From positions 11,470,001 through 11,534,000 of the forward strand of contig OZ176052.1 in assembly GCA_964247055.1 (NCBI GenBank): 64,000 nucleotides of DNA, given 5' to 3'. Positions 23,230 through 37,100 of this stretch are shown here, piece after piece (positions within the stretch are counted from its first letter, which is position 1; the number at the start of each line of letters is the position of its first letter). Position numbers and translations under genes: made by a program. The DNA comes from Paragordius varius (Eukaryota > Animalia > Nematomorpha). The notes beneath the pieces were generated by a model. It ran no database searches, had not been told where the DNA came from, and saw only the letters and a program-made list of their open reading frames with translations.

Positions 23230-24170
23230 TTAGTTTTGTACGGCCAGGTTTCTGCGCCGTATGTAAGGGGTAGCCGTATCACCGTAGTGTATATTTTTGT
23301 TTTGGTTTTAACGTTTATTAATTTGTTGTTTATAATGTGATTGATTGAGTAATATTTTTTCCAAGCTTGGTTGGATCGGTGTTTTATTTTACTAACTATA
23401 CCTCCTCCAGCAGTAATAACGTCGCCGAGGTATATAAAGGAATCTATTCTTTCAATTGAATGGGGGTTGGGAATGAATGGTTTTGCATCTGAATAGGTGT
23501 TAGCTCAATATATGGTTTACAGAAGAAGTTTGGTATGTCCAAAGATTGGAGACCAGAAAACTTCTACCCACGAATTGTAACGTGTGCTTATTAAGGAGTT
23601 AGATTGACATCTTTGCTACAAACTCTACAGGGGTACTTTGTTATCAATAGCGTCTGTCATAAATTTAGTTTTGCTAAGATTTACTTTAAGACCAAAATCT
23701 TCGAGAGTAGATTTCCAAGTTTCAAAATTGTGTACAAGGTCCTTTGGGGATGTGGAAGTAAATACTAAATCGTTGGCAAACAAGATCTGCCACTGTAATG
23801 TTCTGATGTCGTCTGATTACATTGAAAAGTATAGGGCTCATAACGATCCTTGATGCAAGCCAGCGATTTGAAATTTTTAATTAAAGCCATAGGCTGTTTT
23901 AAGAATTGTGGTAGAGATTCATTATTGCCTAAATGATCCATTCTTCCCTTAAAGCCCATGGTATTAGTATTCTCGGGACACAAGCCTTCTTTAGGTCGAC
24001 GAAGGCGTAATGAAGCGAAGATTTATTGGAATGTGCCGATTGTAAAGTCTTAATAGCATCTATTGTACTTTTAATGATAAACCCCATTTGCATATCGTTT
24101 GAGTAGGTTATTTTAAAGTTGAGCAAAATCATTTCATATATTTTCAATGAATGTTGTAGTATTTTGTTAG
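23230..24170 (-). mobile_element. LINE reverse transcriptase remnant
   Basis: ORF 23929-24444 contains QMGFIIKSTIDAI...LHYAFVDLKKA. Frameshifted continuations resemble GLHQGSVMSPILF and the ADD motif. Confidence 0.7.
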
Positions 24171-24498
24171 GCCTTTCCAGAGGCGTAGCTTGCATTTCTG
24201 GCCCCCGGTCCATGAATACGCGATGGCTGCACCTCCTCCTACCTGCAACCCCTATTAAAAAAATAATCAAATTCAAATCGTGAGCCGGGCGAAATAAGGC
24301 TTTTATAAACAGAGACACGTGAAAACCAAATATTTGAAGGTAGGTTCCAGTTGCGTCCCGAGCGTTTGCATAACTCTTATGCCCCCCCCCCCCCGCTTTT
24401 CTCCTTTTAAAAGCCAATAAAACAATTTTAAAAAATACAAACATTAATACCTAAACACCATAGATAAAGCACAGTCATATAAATTTTAAATCTATTAA

Positions 24499-24531
<33 letters not shown>

Positions 24532-24532
<1 letters not shown>

Positions 24533-24835
24533 TTACCATTTACAATCAAATTCACCCTCAAACAATTCAAATTAACCCTTGAACAATTCAAATTCACCCT
24601 AAAAATAAATTGTGTTTTCGGGCTAATATAACTCATCATAATATAAAATATATTCTTATAGTTTTATTATTATTTCAGAATTATATTAATTTTACACGTA
24701 ATTTTATTTTTTTAAATATAAAAAAAATATAGGTAATTTTTTATCTTAAAAACACATGATGTCTTTTGGTGAATTCGAATTGTTCGAGGGTGAATTCGAA
24801 TTGTTCAAGGGTGAATTTGAACTGTAAATGGTATA
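24532..24835. mobile_element. Foldback-like MITE with inverted arms built of 21-bp repeats, related to the 3514-5217 element
   Basis: The ~70-bp arms (24532-24600 and 24768-24835) are imperfect reverse complements with unit ttcaaattcacccttgaacaa. The termini are TATACCATTTACA-like. Confidence 0.75.
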
Positions 24836-26499
24836 TAACAAAATTTTGATATTCAAATACATACATGTAAATATTCTAATAAATTCTATAATATGGATAT
24901 ATATATATATATTATATAATACACATTGATTTTCGTTGCACATATTGAATGGATCTTATGATAATGGCGACCAATAATGATATAAAAAATAATTGTAGAT
25001 CTAAGCGAATTTTACAATACAGTAATGTGACCAGATATTTTTAACTTTGACGCAGTACAAAATTAATACATACTTTGGCTGTTTTTACACCATCGACGTG
25101 GTATATTCACAGTTTCCACAAAAAAATCTGATGAAATATGCATTTTCTGGTAGGAAAATATCAGGATATCATGGTGCTTTTGGCTTTAACCTTTACGAGT
25201 TATTAAAGAAAGTTATTTACACTTTTGTGGTAAGTGCTTCGTATAAGATTGAAAAAGGTGAGCTTGTTAAATATATTTGATGAATGCTAAATGCGTTATT
25301 TCAATAAAAATCCATAAAATATAACATAAAATACATATAAAAAGCATAACATTATTTATTCTAAATATTTAGATGTAGGGTCTAAAAGTCCCAAATTTTG
25401 GGCTCTTTTAAAATGGACTGTTCTCTAAAAATAAACGCAGAATTCCGACAATTTCAAATATATGCTAAATTTGATATCGACTAAAGATATTTTTTAAAAA
25501 TGCATACTTTCAAAAATTTACTTTTTTTGAAGCATACTTCATACTATTTTGAGGATGATAGAAACGAAAACGGTTGAGATGTTATAACACTTTAAATATA
25601 AATCAATAATGCTAATTTCTAAATCACAATTTTGAAAATAGTTCGTTTTCATATGTTAAATTAATATTGTGTTTTTTTACATACCAAAATTTTCAAGCAA
25701 ACAAACTTTTAAATTAAAATTCTGAATGTTAAACATCATCGTATTTAGAATAGGTTTCATTTTATATTATAGCGTTATATCGTTTCCAACATGCTTCATA
25801 ATATTGAACAACGCTTCAACAAAATATCTCAAATTTGTTCTTGCAAAAAAATAAGAAAATTAATAAAAATTAATGAGTATATTAAACGTAAACTCTTAAT
25901 TTTACGGGAATACAATTTTCTATAAATTTTCCGTTTGATAATTATAATAAAAAATGGACTTTCTAAACTCGATCAAACATTTGTGAAAATATCATAAATT
26001 AATTTATTTTTTAATTTTGAGGCACCTCTTTTTGCGGAAGCCCTGAGTGAGAGAGCCATTAGCATGACTCTTACGGTTTCGAGTCCAGGATTTATAGCTT
26101 CGCCGCTCGAAAAGCTGCAATCATAAGCAGTTTGACCGATCAAAAATCAATTTTATGTATAATTCGAGCGGAAAATAAAATATTAATCATTTAAAAATAG
26201 GTCAATCTTAGTTTTTTACCCCATTTCTTTACAAATTATGAGTTTTTTTTACAGAAGGTACTATATCAAATTCTAAAATAATTTTTTTGAATAAATAAAA
26301 GGTTATTGATATATATTATTAAATAATTGATTTTTTTTATTTCAAAAAGCAGTACAAATTGGGCGCAGTACAGTAGCAGTTTTTTTCTGAAACTGTACTG
26401 CTAAAAACAGCCTATCTGGTGACATTACAGTTTTCAACGGAATTAAATTTTACGACAATTTATGTAATGCAATAAATTTAATCCGTATTAAGTATATAA

Positions 26500-28644
26500 A
26501 TGAGATTTTACTACTTGGAAAGGAAAGAGGCAACTAAGAGAAAAATCTTTTTTATGTAAAAAGTTTTCTGGCTTTTATTTCAAACTCATCAATTATATTA
26601 TTAAAATCTATCATATTAAATTTTTCTTTCGACACTCAACAATGGTAAGTCATTTAAAAGATCTTGACCCATCGTCGATCGCATATATGTTAAAATTAAT
26701 TTCAATATGCTAAATAACCTTTCACAACTAGCGACTGACGTTGAAATAGTTAAAAGTATTTGAAGTGCAACCCTTAAATTGGGAAACACATCTTCACCGT
26801 ATGAAATTATAAAGGTTGAGTTCTAACGGAGTAGGTTTGACATTTTTCCGATTTAGGAGTAACATCCTACAATCACGATTTTTTATAAAAAGATCTGTTC
26901 CATTAAAATTTGTCACACTGACAAATACTCTTTCATTTTTTTCCAGAACTTTGTTAAAAGTCTGAAATGTGACCCGACATCACAGCTGCATTATCATAGC
27001 ATTGAGATTTACAATTTGATAACTGAATATTATCCATATTTAGATTTTCTAAAATTACCTTTTCAATTGACATTGCATCTTTGTTGAATAACTGAGAAAA
27101 GTCCAAAATACCTGACAACTTGAGAAATTTGTTTTCAGTGGACTATATATGGCTTTGAATCACATATTTATTTTTTTTATGTCATCGATCAATTTAGCTT
27201 TAACTCTTAAAAGCTAAAAGATGTATAAAGACGTTTTAGATTTTGGGTGAAACATAGGATAAAGTTAGGAGATTCAACGTTTCTAATGTGTTCTCCCATT
27301 ATTGTGTTAAACTGAGCTACAAGTTTTAGTAAAATAAGAGGTTTCCAGGATATGGTGCTGAGTCATCTAGATACATCAAACTCATGTTCGAAAAGGGAAA
27401 TTTTGGGTGATTAGAAATTTCATCAAGACTAATATTCGATGTAAAATATTTCGCCATCGATCCTTTTCCGATTGTATGTGAGCTTCTGGAGCAGAATCGT
27501 TTCCTGTTTTATTTATCAATCTTCTTTCTGCCTCTTTCCAATTAAATGCTTTCCGATGATTAGGACTATTTTTGACGGATTAATTTATCTTTTTTCTTCT
27601 ATTTATTGAAACCTTACGTAGTTATAAAAGTTAATAGTAAAAATAAGATCGATCAAAATGTAGGCAACAAAAACAATACGCATATCTGTTCTTCGGTGAA
27701 TATAAAAGTCAAGAACTCTCAACTTTAAATGCTTTTTTACCGACACGTCGTAAAAACCAAAATTAGGGCATTGAATGATGATTTTTTGTTTCAAAGAGAG
27801 ATTGCATTCATTTTGAAATCCTTGAGATCCACGAGTAATCATTTCTGTGCGAAGTTGATTAGATATTAAGGGAAAATTATTATTAGTTAATTTTAAAATG
27901 GCGGCATCCTTAAACTCTACAGGTATATCGGTTGGAATCACTAATAGTGTATTTGTAGTTTTCTCATCTCTATTTATTGGATCCTAAGGTTTCAGGTGTA
28001 TTTTGTTATTACAGAGGTACCGTTATGTTTGTGTCGCATACACTTTATTCAATGTTATGGTCAGATATTTTCGTTAAATAAGATTTCATACCCATTCGCA
28101 TTGTATTTGTTTTATTCTCTTCTTGGATTTTTCGTTTCCTATTTGCGTAACCGCTGAGTTTAGGGATTGATATCTGATGAGAAAGTAATATAAACAATAC
28201 AAGGCTATATTAATAATAAAAACCTACCTTGTTAGAGATGGAATGATCTTGGGGATTTAAATAAATAAAATTGGGTTTTGAAATCGAATATGATTAAAAT
28301 AAACATGCAATTATAAATTATAAGAATAAGAGATAAGGTTTTAATCAGAGACAGAGGTTATATTTAATTAAAGACAATAAAAGAATTAACAATAAGCCCG
28401 ATAAAGAAACGTTTTTTAAGCGAAAAAATAAGTTTGCATATGTTGAATGGACCTACATGAAAGTTGTTTTTTGCATAATGTTTGCTCTTGATCTCATTTA
28501 TATATAGGGATTATTACGTAAATTGCTGAAAAATCTTATCGAAAGTTGATATTCTAATTTTAATTAAAAAAATTATTTAGGCGCCCCTAAATAACCGCGC
28601 CCGGGGCATGATGCACCCCCTTGTCCCCCCCCGGTACGCCACTG
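26500..28644 (-). mobile_element. Decayed hAT transposon (ZMYM1/TTF-zinc-finger-type transposase)
   Basis: N-terminal LSGYANRKRK (~28150), PTD...LRTEMITRGSQGFQN (27603-27941) and hATC FPNLRVALQILLTISTSVASCERLFSILK (~26650-26790). The terminus GTACGCCACTG ends at 28644. The other TIR is uncertain (candidate CAGAGGCGTAG at 24178). Confidence 0.8.
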
Positions 28645-28813
28645 GGCTTACGGCAGTCAAAGGAAGTAAGTTCTATTTTTTTCCAGTTTCTATCTATCGT
28701 CACTCAGTATAAGGGATTCTTCAATGCATATTATATCTTCAATTGGTTGAATAAAATAATTGAAGCATCTATCGTCAGTCAGTATTAGGATGCAAAAGAT
28801 GATGTCAGACTAT

Positions 28814-29945
28814 GGGTGGAGTGAATAAAAAAAAGGAAACCCTTTAAGTGTTTCCTGTGCTCACTTTTTCAAAGAAAGGGTTTCCTTATAATTCATATAA
28901 AAAACACATCTGATTAACTCTCGAGTTTCCTTAAACCATGCCTAAAACCGATATAAATGTACCTAAAGAAAAATTGAGACTTCTTCTTGCAAAGTAACTT
29001 AATATTTAATATTTTAGATATCCCAGAGTTTTTAACAAATCTATGGTACCGTATATTGTAATTCAAAAAAAGAAGCTTATAAAAATCTACAATATGATTT
29101 GTTGACAGAAACAAAGAATTATTATGATATAGATCAGATATAGCGATAGATATGAAAACTTCAATCAAAAAAATATGATTTAAATAATACAGGAAAAAGA
29201 TCGCACGAAATCGGAGGAAATATTCCTAAATTCTTAAGATCGCACAGAATCGGAAGAATTTTTAAATTATTATGACAATCTAATTCACATTTTATATTAA
29301 ATAATAAATAGATTAAAGTTTTTTTATACATTTTTTTATGATAAAATAATAGTTTGTATACAAATTTTCATTTAACAAGAATAACATAAGAAACTGATTG
29401 ACTTAATATTTTTGAGGCTTGCATATACTAAAAAATGAGATTTGTTCGTTAATCTAAATCAGGAAAAAGTATTTTGTCATAAAGTTTATTGTTTGATTAT
29501 TAAATCGTAGAATTTGTTTCATAGATAATTGATTCTCTTATATCTTTTTTTGTTTCTTATCTAAGATCGTTGAGCAAACATTTAGTTTCTACGCTGTATT
29601 CCAAATATACTAGAAAAATCTAAAATGTATAAAAATAACTTTGAAAATTGAAATTTAAACTTATCGAATCTAATATCAAAACCGTATTAGCTCTAATTGC
29701 CTTGTTTGATCCTCTACTATCGATTGTTATAAAATTTATAAATATTTAAGGATGGTATTTAGCATCCTAAAAAATATGTAGGGTTTCCTTTAATAAATTT
29801 TTTTATTCACTTGAAAACAAGTGTTTCCTTAAAAATCTAATGTTAATTTTTTTAGGGTTTCCTTAGCTTTTTATTCACTCCAAATTAAGGAATCTCTTAA
29901 AAAAGCTAAGGAAAGAGTGTTTCCTTTTTTTTATTCACTCCACCC
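28814..29945. mobile_element. Non-autonomous TIR element
   Basis: ~27-bp TIRs GGGTGGAGTGAATAAAAAAAAGGAAAC at both ends, flanked by TAT. Subterminal GTTTCCTT / TTATTCAC repeats occur at 29780-29940. Confidence 0.8.
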
Positions 29946-31172
29946 TATAAGTCGGAAAGAAACCAAAAAACGTTTTTATTAATCATCGGTCAGATAATGG
30001 CAAAGAAATTTTAAGTCGACGTTTCTATCTATCGTTAAAGTTATTTTTTTATTCCAAAATTTTCGGTACTGATTTAAGACTAAACTCAAAATTATAATTT
30101 GCATTTAAAATGGATGATTTCTAATAATGCAGTAATAAAAAGCAGTTTTGCATATTGTTGATTATCCCACAGCCCTTGCATTTTATTAATTCAGTTTCTT
30201 TAATTGGGTCCCATCGTGTCTGATAATAATGCTAATTTCTGTTTTTTAATGATTATATGGAGGTAATCAATTAATTTTAAACATTTAGGATTACGAAGAG
30301 ATCAATCACAAATAAAATTACCTTTGGCAACCTGCCATGTTAATGTATTAAATTAATGATATTTACATTTATTATGCTATATATCAGCGCTAAGCTAATC
30401 CACAATTTATTCAATTATAATTCTCATATGAATCAAAATGCTATTTTTTGTCTTTTTTAAAAAATAATTTTGGCACGCAAAACATTAATCAAATGTTTCA
30501 CAAAAATAAAATATAGATATATTTCTAAATTCTATTGCACATAAATATCATATAAACTATGTAATAATTTTTTAAATTGGAATATAGAATGTAGTATAGG
30601 GATTGCGTTTCACAAATTGAATGTCTTCAATATTTCATTTATTTTGCCAATAATTTTCTAAAGAAGAATAGCAATTTATTAAAAGATATAATTTTAAATG
30701 GCTAAATTTTTTAAGTTTAGTTTAAGTTTTTCATTAGATATTGTTATATAGCATATATAACAGAGAGTATGATGATTGAAGACAAAGTGAAAAATAAAAA
30801 AAATAACTTTAAATCAATGATATTGCTCTTTGCTGAATATACTATCTGGCATTAATTAATGAAACACTAGAAATTTTTATTTTTAGTTATAAGAAAAATA
30901 ATTTGAGAATAGCCTGTTTAATATATAAAAAATATGGTAAAATTAATTTTCATCTTTAATTAATGTATTTATCTGAGATATTAATTATTATTTATTGATG
31001 GCTACAATTGGGATCAAAAAAATATTACCAACCATTATTTTATTTTGTATTTATGGGAAAAGATGTAGGGTTTAGTATTATTATCGTACCAATTGTAAAT
31101 TTCAATTTGATAAACATAAAGAATAAAATATTCAAAGATTAGAAATCAATAAGAAATATTAGTAAATTATAC

Positions 31173-34100
31173 TTCAGCCTTAGTCCTGTTCTTTATTGGA
31201 ATGATTCGATAATTATTATCTTCTGTAGGCAAAAAAGCAGACATACATCTCTTCTTTCGTGATTCCCCCTAAAAATAAATAAAAATTTTTGTAAAAAATG
31301 GAACACATAAATATATCAGCACACAATAAGCCTTAAAATATGTAATGCGAAATAAGTTGAAATATGGGGCAATTTAGTTAGTAAAAAACTTAATCTTTTT
31401 AATAAGAACCATATAAAATCTCATACTCTTTTTTATCGCTTATATAGAAGGTTTATGAGATGCTAAACCCCATATTCTACAACCCCGTATATTAAACACT
31501 AATATAGGATACATGATAAAATGCCTTTGACAATCAATTACTTTTTAAGTACCAAATTACGCTATAACTTTCCAAATTTTTACTGTATATATGAACCTTA
31601 ACATCTATTCGAATTCCATTTAACTTTTCAAGGTAAACTGGCCTCCTTGTGAATTGCGTCCAACTGTAAGACCAATCGATGACCCATTGTCCAAAAAGTT
31701 CGCCTTTCGATATCAAGAAAATGTTTCTAATAAAAAAAACTGTAAGCACATAAAAAATTTACTCATTCGTCATAATTAAGACATCCTTTAAATCGGAGCT
31801 TAAGAAAGCGTGGTACATATATTTCTGGTCCAAATGTCCTTTCTCCACAGCCTATCGAAAAATAAAATAAATATATTACAACTACGGAAATGCGGGGGTA
31901 AATTATATGAATATAAACATTTATTGTAATTTGATCCTGATATTTATCATAAATACTTGGAAAAAATAATTATACATAATATCATATTCAATCAATTTTC
32001 GATAAATTTTTTATAATTATAATATATTATCGTTATTTTCATTCCGATTATATGTAGTAATAGAGTAATAATGTGTTTCATCTTTTTATTAAATTATTTC
32101 AATCACGTAGCTTTGATAATAAACACATATGAAATTAATGCTTTCAAGTAAGATATAGTAAAATTTAATAAAGGTTATAAAAAAATTCTATCAATTTGAG
32201 TTTATAAAGTACGTTAACTGTTGAATATTTTAAAAGAGTGATAACATAATATTTTTATTCTTACGCGGAAAATTTCATATCCTTCCGCCTCATTGAAATC
32301 GTAAGGGCGAACAATTCCATCTCTGTGGATTATTCTTCTAGGTCTTAATCGGTGTATATCCTCCGATTGTTCGGCAAATCTAATATTATTAAAAATAAGA
32401 CCTTGTATAAATTTTTGAAAATTATTTGTAATAAAGAAAAAATTTTGGTGGGAAATCAAAAATGTTAAAAAAAATTTTTCTATATTTAATTCAATAAAAT
32501 TCCATTTTTTTTACTATTAAAATAATATTTTTTGGTCATAAAACCCACCTTATAATTTGAATCTCTTTTATATTGAGCAATCAAATTTTTATTATTAAAA
32601 TTAAATTTATTTTTTTAACAAAAAAACTTACCTTTTAATCCCCTGGAATGATGAGGAGGCAAAATCAACGACCCCAGACGTGGGGCGAGCTACAACGCCT
32701 ACGAGACCTTTTCCAAAACCTTTAATAAAACCGGAGGCCCCCTCTTGTTTAGCGCCTTCGAGGGGTTTTTTCACTACGCCGGTCAAACCTTCGTAGAAAC
32801 CCATCACAAGACCTAATATGTTCAAAATGTCCAATATATTTTAGGTTTTAAAATGTTTTTTTCGATTATCAATTTCATAAGAAAGTTTTCTATAATAATT
32901 TATTGATTTATTGAATGTATATGTAGCACGGGGTAGAAATAGAGTGATCACTTTAGCAACTTTTTACATAAAAAATATTTATTATCTGAGATAATGTATA
33001 TTAGCTATTCTATTAAAAATTTAAAAACGATAACTTAAATGCCCGATTAAAAATCTTAATCATCCTGAATTATCAAAAAAAAATATATTATAATTAACCT
33101 TTTCCTCCACGGGCTACACCCTCCTTTAAATCAGATGGTTTTTTGTTCATATCCTCACGACGACTTTTTTGATAATCTTGATCTAATGTAAGAGCTGCAA
33201 TACCCTTTCCAAGAGTACCTATCATATAGTTATACGAAATTCAATACATCCGTATAACAACACTGCATAAAATTTGTTAAAATAAATTATAAAAGGTAAA
33301 ATAAATAATATAATAAAACCATGTTGTCTAACTTTTAATTAATTTATTATCTTATGGAGAAATGCAATATAGCTGAAAATCGAAAACACATTCAATATTA
33401 TATTTCAGAATTTTAATGTTTTGAGTCAATTTCAATAATCATAAAACATGGATTTTTACAAAAAAAATAAAGTTTACTCAAGCTGTAACTTTTACTTTAC
33501 ATATTATCTAGCCTAAAGGTAATGATATTAATAAAACCGTTAACCTTTCTAAATTTTTCGTTTCATACATTTATTTATCAAAACATGCATTAAATCACTA
33601 TTTCCTACAAAGTCCCTAGTGTGATAATATTCATCAAATGCATTTTTATTATTTTTAGACAAAAATTTAACCAGTTATTCGAGAAACAGCGCCAGCGGCC
33701 CCACCAACAGTATGGCCAAAAAGGCTTCGAACCCCAAAAGCTAAGCCTTGAGCAAACTCTTCTGGTCCTTGGATAGCGCCTTGATAAGGTTCGTAAAAGA
33801 GATCACCCATTCCTTCCGTGAAACCACGAATCAAACCAAAAGGATTACCTAACACATCAAGACCCAAGACCAAAACATACATTTGTTTAAGGGCTTGTGC
33901 AACGTAATGTTTGGTAACTTCGTCTAAAGAATAAAAATATGTGTTTCAGCCAACAATAAAATCAAGAAAATTTTATAATGATGTAAAAAACGTTAAAATT
34001 TAGCTCGTATAATCATGCTAATATAAATTGATAGTCTTAATGAATGGTTGTGATTTAAGAAAGCAATAAAACCTGTAAAAAAACCCAATATTATATGTAA

Positions 34101-37100
34101 AAATTTTAAATAGTCCATATAAAATGTGGGAAAAAAGTTAAAAAGGAACCATAGTGTAAAAAATTAAATTTTTGCATGTATTCAGTGATTCAAATAACTT
34201 GAGTCACGCACAAGGAGTGGGAGTAAATGCGATAGTTCGCTTATCCAAGATAGTTTATGGTAAAAACTCTAATAGTCCTTATATAATGTAAAAGATAAAA
34301 GATTATATAAATAAATTAATCATAATTTACAAAGCATCCTTTAATTATCAGTACAAAATAAATCTTACGGACAAGTTGAGATTGGGTGTAAAAGCGATAA
34401 GTCCGCTCAAAGTAACCCAATTTGAAAACGACATCATCAATATCTGCAAGTGTAACTCCAATGCTCTGCAAAAGAAAATTGAAGGCCGCTGATCGAACAA
34501 TCGTATTATTTGTAGTGCTTCCTGAACTACGATCTAAAAAATGTAATTTATAACATGTAAAAATAATATCTGTATGTATTGTAATGTAATCAAATATCTT
34601 AGAGGTATCAAAAAATACTTGAATCCATAGAGCTTTGATTTAAGGGGGATGGAGAAGGTGACATTCTACCAAACTCCCTTGAACCCGATTGCATTGAAGA
34701 TGAATGTTTTATTGTATTTGAATTTCCTAAACAAAAAATCATATTTTATATTTGGAAATAAGCATTCATAAAATTAAGTAGCTTTGACATTTCATAAATT
34801 TCGAAAACAATAACCATAATAGCATACAAAAATCTTATTTATTCCAATATAACCCGTTTTGGGTAGCAAAATAAAGAATAAAAATGTAAATTGTTAACCA
34901 CTCATTTCAAATTATAGGTAACATAGATAAAATAAAGGAACTAAAATATAGTTTTATATATAAAATATTAGTCTTCTACAGTTAAGATTCTATTCATTAA
35001 TTTTTTTTGTATATAATTGTATAATTAGATTTCTTAGCGATTTACAAAAATGGAGTTAAAAAAATAAATTTAAAGGTCAAGTTTCGGTAACAATTTCGAA
35101 GCATTAATATCAACTATTTAATGTACTAGATAAGGGTAATGGCGATTGACTCCTTCCCGTTTCTACAATGTTACCACTCTTTTCTTCCTTGAGTGTTCCC
35201 CCAGGTTGTGAAGCAGGTTTTGTGTTTTGCAACGAGAAACTTAAATGAATCTTGATGGGTGAAAAGTGTAAATATTCGTAATAAATCTTTGGCCCAGTCG
35301 ATGTTTTAGCTTTATCGGCCGCAACGCGTACCATATCCTGACAAGCGGCTTTAATATCGGTTTCATAACTTTCATGCTATTTACACGAAATACATTTTTT
35401 ATAGAGTTTGTCAAAAAATTGATAAAATTCATAGTAAAATTTACGGACTGCAATTAGATAACGGAATATGCAATCCAATATTTGAATCAATAAAATTTAT
35501 TGAATTAGACGAAGTATAGTAATATATAAACAGTAACACTTTTTTCTTGGATAGAAGTGAACAATACGCTAAATTTAGAAAGGATCTGAATGTTTTGTTT
35601 AAGACACACGTTTATAAAATACTCTATAATATATAATAAAGGCATAAAAAATCTATGAATAGATTAAAATGGATTTGCATCATATATCTAAGAAGAGGGA
35701 ACTCTGAAAATTACCGTGTTTTTCGCAAAAAAAGATTTGTTTTAAAATATTATTTTCGAAAAAATTTTTACAATAGATATTTCGTCTTGATTCGATGAAG
35801 TTAGAGACGTAGCTATGGGTTGTGTAAAAAATGTAACTATATTATCGATAAATCCTTGGTCTGCACGTAAAAACATTTCTTGCATCAAAACTTTGAAATA
35901 TTTGATTTGTGGAATCTAGAAGAAACAAAAAATTTATAAAAACAAAAAAACCTTGTATGAAAAAGAAATAATATATTTCACCCCTCCATGTTGAGAGTTG
36001 CGTTTAAAGAGACTGAGCTCAATAAGTGGTTTAGAAACGGGCAAACTATCAGAAATCGATTTCGAAACCGGAAATATTCCAAAAACCACAGGAAATGTGC
36101 AGGCCATTAATTGATCATCAATCTGAATGCGAAAATAAAATTAATAAATTATAAAGGGAATGGAAATGGATAAAATGCACCAAAATAATTCGTGAAAAAA
36201 ATTGTTTACTTGAAGTTTATGTAACTTTAAGTGTAAATGAAGTTGATAGATTGAAGCTCTGTACTGGATCCACACACTTGGTCTAAATGATCTCCGTAAT
36301 CCATAATAGTAGGATATGTCGGTTAACTCACTAAAATGTTATAATTTTTCAAATGCATTCATACCTTAAATTATTGAGGTTATTCGATTTCAGTTTTATA
36401 AACGCCATATTATCCAAATCAAGAATTAAACCAGACTTTGAAAAGATATTGTTGGGTACGGTTGCCAAAACATTATTGTAGCTGTATTATAAAATATGGG
36501 TTCAAATTAATCATGTATATCAAATATGATCCCTTTAAATGATATCTTTAAACCATGAAATTTGAGCATTATAAAGTTTAGAAATTAAAATATAGTAAGG
36601 GAAAAGTGAAAAAATTACAAAATTTATATAAGACGTCAACTTATTAAATAAAAGGCTTCAAAGCAGAAATCTTTTAAAACCCTTATATAAGATAAGTTTG
36701 ATAGTTCGAAATCCCTCCAATACAACAACCGAAATAGTGGCGAAAAAATAGGGTTTTAAAATATGGACAAAATTTTTCTCTATCCAACCTCAATTTATCC
36801 TATTAAAATAATTTAACAATCGTATAATATATAAATTGCTTGTGTTATCAATTTACATCTTTATTTCCTACTTTATGGTTTGAAACAATATCATTATATA
36901 AATTAAGTTTCAATAAGTATGGTTGTCTTTTAGAAAAAAATATTTATCTTTATATTTTTACGTTTTGTCCGCATAATTCCATTTTTACTGTAAATATATA
37001 AGTTAATTGTTCTGAATAATAAATACAGGAATTTAACTTCACGCTTTACTCATTATCCTACAAAATTTTGTCACTATACTTTGCAATTATTTGCGGAGTT

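Noticed and set aside
25047-25280. 77-aa ORF as a small gene or piggyBac remnant
   Set aside because: It has no recognisable motif or splice partners and lies within the transposon stack.
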